NCBI GenBank assembly: GCA_023665725.1
Contig: JAMPDH010000006.1
Span: 71-64,070 of the forward strand
DNA: 64,000 nt
Direction of reading: 5' to 3'
From: Clostridium sp.
Lineage (GTDB): Bacteria; Bacillota_I; Bacilli_A; RF39; UBA660
Positions 61,546 to 64,000 of this stretch are shown here, in pieces. The notes below the pieces were generated by a model, which ran no database searches, was not told where the DNA came from, and worked only from the letters and a program-made list of their open reading frames with translations. The translations under genes and the position numbers were made by a program. The number at the start of each line of letters is the position of its first letter. Position 1 is the first letter of the stretch.

Positions 61546-62493
61546 CTATAATAGATAAGTAAATATATTAAGAGCAACTTTTACCATATCATGTCTTAGT
61601 ATATCGTTTTCTATTTTTATAAAATTTCCACTTATAACTTCTACACCTAATAATTCTACATTGTCCTTATCAAACAAAACAGGGTCTTTTTGCTCCAATG
61701 TTTGATACTTTTCTGCTATATCTACATCTATATGTCCATCATTTACTATTACAACGTCTACTTTTCTATTTCCTAAATATTCATTTAATGTTCTTATATG
61801 ATCACTTACTGTAAAATCATCTGTTTCTCCTGGTTGTGTAACAATATTGCATACATACATTATTTTAGCAGATGATTCTTCCAAAGCTTGTTTTACTTCA
61901 TTAGGAATTAAATTTGGTATGATGCTTGTATACAAACTACCTACACTTAATATAATTAAATCTGCTTCTTTTAAAGAAGTTAATGTTTTTTTAGTGACCT
62001 TTGGATTTTTTTTATAATATACATTTTTAATTGTCTTTTTAGATTGTGTTATAAAATGTTCTCCTTCAACTACTGAATTATCTGTCATAGTCGCAACTAA
62101 TGTTACATCAGCATTTTCTGTTAAAGGAATAACTTTTCCTTTTAAATTAAGTATACCGCTTAAAGCTTCAATTCCCTCTGAAACTGAACCTGTAATATCT
62201 GTCATGGCTTGAAGCAAAAAATTTCCTACTGCATGCCCATTTAAATATCCATCTGTTTGAAATCTATAATTGAACATTTTTTCAAATAAAGGTTCTGTTT
62301 CTGATAAAGATATTAATACTCTTCTTATATCACCTAAAGCAGGTGAATTAAACTCTTTTCTAAGTATTCCTGTACTTTTACCATCATCACTAACTGTTAC
62401 TATTGCGGTTAAATCTATAGGAAATTGTTTTAATCCTCTAAGTAATGAGGACATCCCATTTCCACCACCTAATACTACTACTTTTTTATTCAT
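61546..62493 (-). CDS. yvcK: gluconeogenesis factor YvcK (CofD-like, UDP-sugar binding)
   Basis: VVVLGGGNGMSSLLRGLK N-terminus; CofD/YvcK family. Confidence 0.88.
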   Translation of the reverse strand: MNKKVVVLGGGNGMSSLLRGLKQFPIDLTAIVTVSDDGKSTGILRKEFNSPALGDIRRVLISLSETEPLFEKMFNYRFQTDGYLNGHAVGNFLLQAMTDITGSVSEGIEALSGILNLKGKVIPLTENADVTLVATMTDNSVVEGEHFITQSKKTIKNVYYKKNPKVTKKTLTSLKEADLIILSVGSLYTSIIPNLIPNEVKQALEESSAKIMYVCNIVTQPGETDDFTVSDHIRTLNEYLGNRKVDVVIVNDGHIDVDIAEKYQTLEQKDPVLFDKDNVELLGVEVISGNFIKIENDILRHDMVKVALNIFTYLL

Positions 62494-62709
62494 ATTTATC
62501 CACCATATTAATTATAACATGTATTTCAACAAAAAAGATAATTAAAATATATTATAAAAAATAATATTAATTATTCCGTAATATATAGAATTGCATAATA
62601 AAAGATCAAAAATTTATTTTTGACCTCTTATTATATAACTTTATTTTATCCTGTTTTTATAATATCTATAAAGGTAAAGATTACCTACATAATTATCAAG
62701 TGTTCACTA

Positions 62710-64000
62710 TTAATCACTAGAATGCGTTGTACCATCAGTTGTTTTAATTGTATATGATATAAACGGACAACTACCATTCACACAAGAATAACGCACATTA
62801 GAAGAATACGAATAAGTGCATGATGAACTTGTTCCAGACGATTGAGTAAGGGAATACCCTCCCCAGGCCGGATTGGTGCAACATCCACTAGGGTAACCTC
62901 CTGAGCAATAGCATACCGTTGCAGATGAAATCTGACTACAACTAATTGGGAAAGTTATATAGATTGAACTACAGTTTTGTGAAGCGCAAGAAGAGGTTGG
63001 TGTGAATAAAGTCGTACGTGAACCTGTAAACGATTTAGTATTTCCTACTTTATCGTAAGCTGTATATTCATAATAATATGTTGTATATGAGTTTAGATTT
63101 GATAACGTGCACGAAGTCGAAGACCCGGTTGCTTCTTTATCATATGATGTTGAAGTACCATATTTACATACTACTTTGTCAATCTGAGAATGTGAATCTG
63201 ATGCAGTATAATTAAGTGTAATTGAGTATTTTGAGACAGTGTGAGTTCCGGTTGTAAGTGTCGGACTTGTTGCATCTATTTTTGCTATTGATCCTGTTGA
63301 TGATTCACTATAATTTGTTCCATCATATGTTAATGCATATATTGTTCCTGTTTCAGTTGATGTTGTATTATATGTTACATTTACATTTCCACTTACTTTA
63401 TACCATGTATCTGCTTTCAATGTTGTAGTTGAACTTATTGTTGTACATGTTCCTGGCTTTGTATCACTCCCACATGAGCTTGTTACACTTCTACTACTTG
63501 TTCCCTGTTTTGTTGTTTTCACATAATACTGTGGACTTGATATATTTGATGACGTATATGTTACTTTTGCTACTTGTTTTTGCAAATATCCATTTTTAAG
63601 TGTCGTTGGCGTATTTACAAGTTCTATTCCTGGTTTTGTAATTTTTTCTGTTGTTGCTTGTCCTGTTTTACATGTTGATGTATTTCCTACTTTATCACTT
63701 ACACATATTTGATAATAATATGTTGTTTCTGTTGTTAATCCTGTTATTACACATGAACTTGTATCTACTGATGTTGCATTTTTATCATATGAACTTGCAC
63801 TTGTTCCATATTTACATGTTGGTGTTCCTAGTCCTGATCCTGTATCAGACATTGTTAATAGTACTTCTATACTGCCAGTTTTTGCTATTGTATCTCCTAA
63901 TTCTAGACTTGGACTTGTTATATCTATTTTTGTTATTGAACTTGTTGCTGCTTCACTATAGTTTGTTCCATCATATGTTAATGCATATATTGTTCCACTT
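62710..64000 (-). CDS. Thr/Ser/Cys-rich surface protein with tandem Fn3/Ig-like modules (partial; continues beyond the window end)
   Basis: ORF is open in frame to 64000 and the listed Met is internal; repeated ~55-nt DNA module (63300-63350 vs 63940-64000); repeated TTYYYQ..DKVGNTS motifs. Confidence 0.5.
   Translation of the reverse strand, partial: SGTIYALTYDGTNYSEAATSSITKIDITSPSLELGDTIAKTGSIEVLLTMSDTGSGLGTPTCKYGTSASSYDKNATSVDTSSCVITGLTTETTYYYQICVSDKVGNTSTCKTGQATTEKITKPGIELVNTPTTLKNGYLQKQVAKVTYTSSNISSPQYYVKTTKQGTSSRSVTSSCGSDTKPGTCTTISSTTTLKADTWYKVSGNVNVTYNTTSTETGTIYALTYDGTNYSESSTGSIAKIDATSPTLTTGTHTVSKYSITLNYTASDSHSQIDKVVCKYGTSTSYDKEATGSSTSCTLSNLNSYTTYYYEYTAYDKVGNTKSFTGSRTTLFTPTSSCASQNCSSIYITFPISCSQISSATVCYCSGGYPSGCCTNPAWGGYSLTQSSGTSSSCTYSYSSNVRYSCVNGSCPFISYTIKTTDGTTHSSD

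Overview
This is an AT-rich (~25-30% GC by eye) chromosomal segment from a low-GC, endospore-forming Firmicute (Clostridia-like). spoIIR, cotJ(A)BC, whiA, a SleB-like hydrolase and sigE/K-like promoters indicate sporulation. The window opens inside a minus-strand rRNA operon, with a partial 23S at 1..~2240 and a 16S at ~2432..4003, preceded by two tandem sigA-like promoters. Core genes follow, mostly on the minus strand: DUF402, S41 peptidase, cdaA-cdaR, trmL, a tight operon of thioredoxin-like proteins around a Clp-D1-only AAA+ ATPase, rpmE, murA, fba and hsp20. Next comes an OmpR-type two-component system with a MacB/FtsX ABC transporter and HtrA. The most notable region is ~30-47 kb. An Amidase_3+LysM cell-wall hydrolase gene is split into a 5' fragment (46323..46592) and a 3' fragment (32682..33809) by a ~12.5 kb integrated element (~33796..46332). 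The element carries a large serine recombinase, an ApeA-like HEPN protein, a complete type I R-M system (hsdM-hsdS-[two small embedded ORFs]-hsdR), a Doc-like Fic protein and a Panacea-domain antitoxin with a MazF/PemK-like partner. In-silico excision at a shared CCTC/GAGG core restores an in-frame amidase (…HINAGGGDGAETIY…). A sigE/K-like promoter sits upstream of the split gene, so the element is a candidate skin-like sporulation-specific intervening element. The rest of the window contains ttcA, lgt, an araC/nitroreductase pair, tRNA-His (with G-1), cotJ(A)B-cotJC, mntP, spoIIR, rlmH, yycJ, dnaB, rplI, a short DHH protein, whiA, yvcK and a partial Thr/Cys-rich surface protein. No CRISPR array was seen. 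Coordinates I counted by hand may be off by 1-2 nt.
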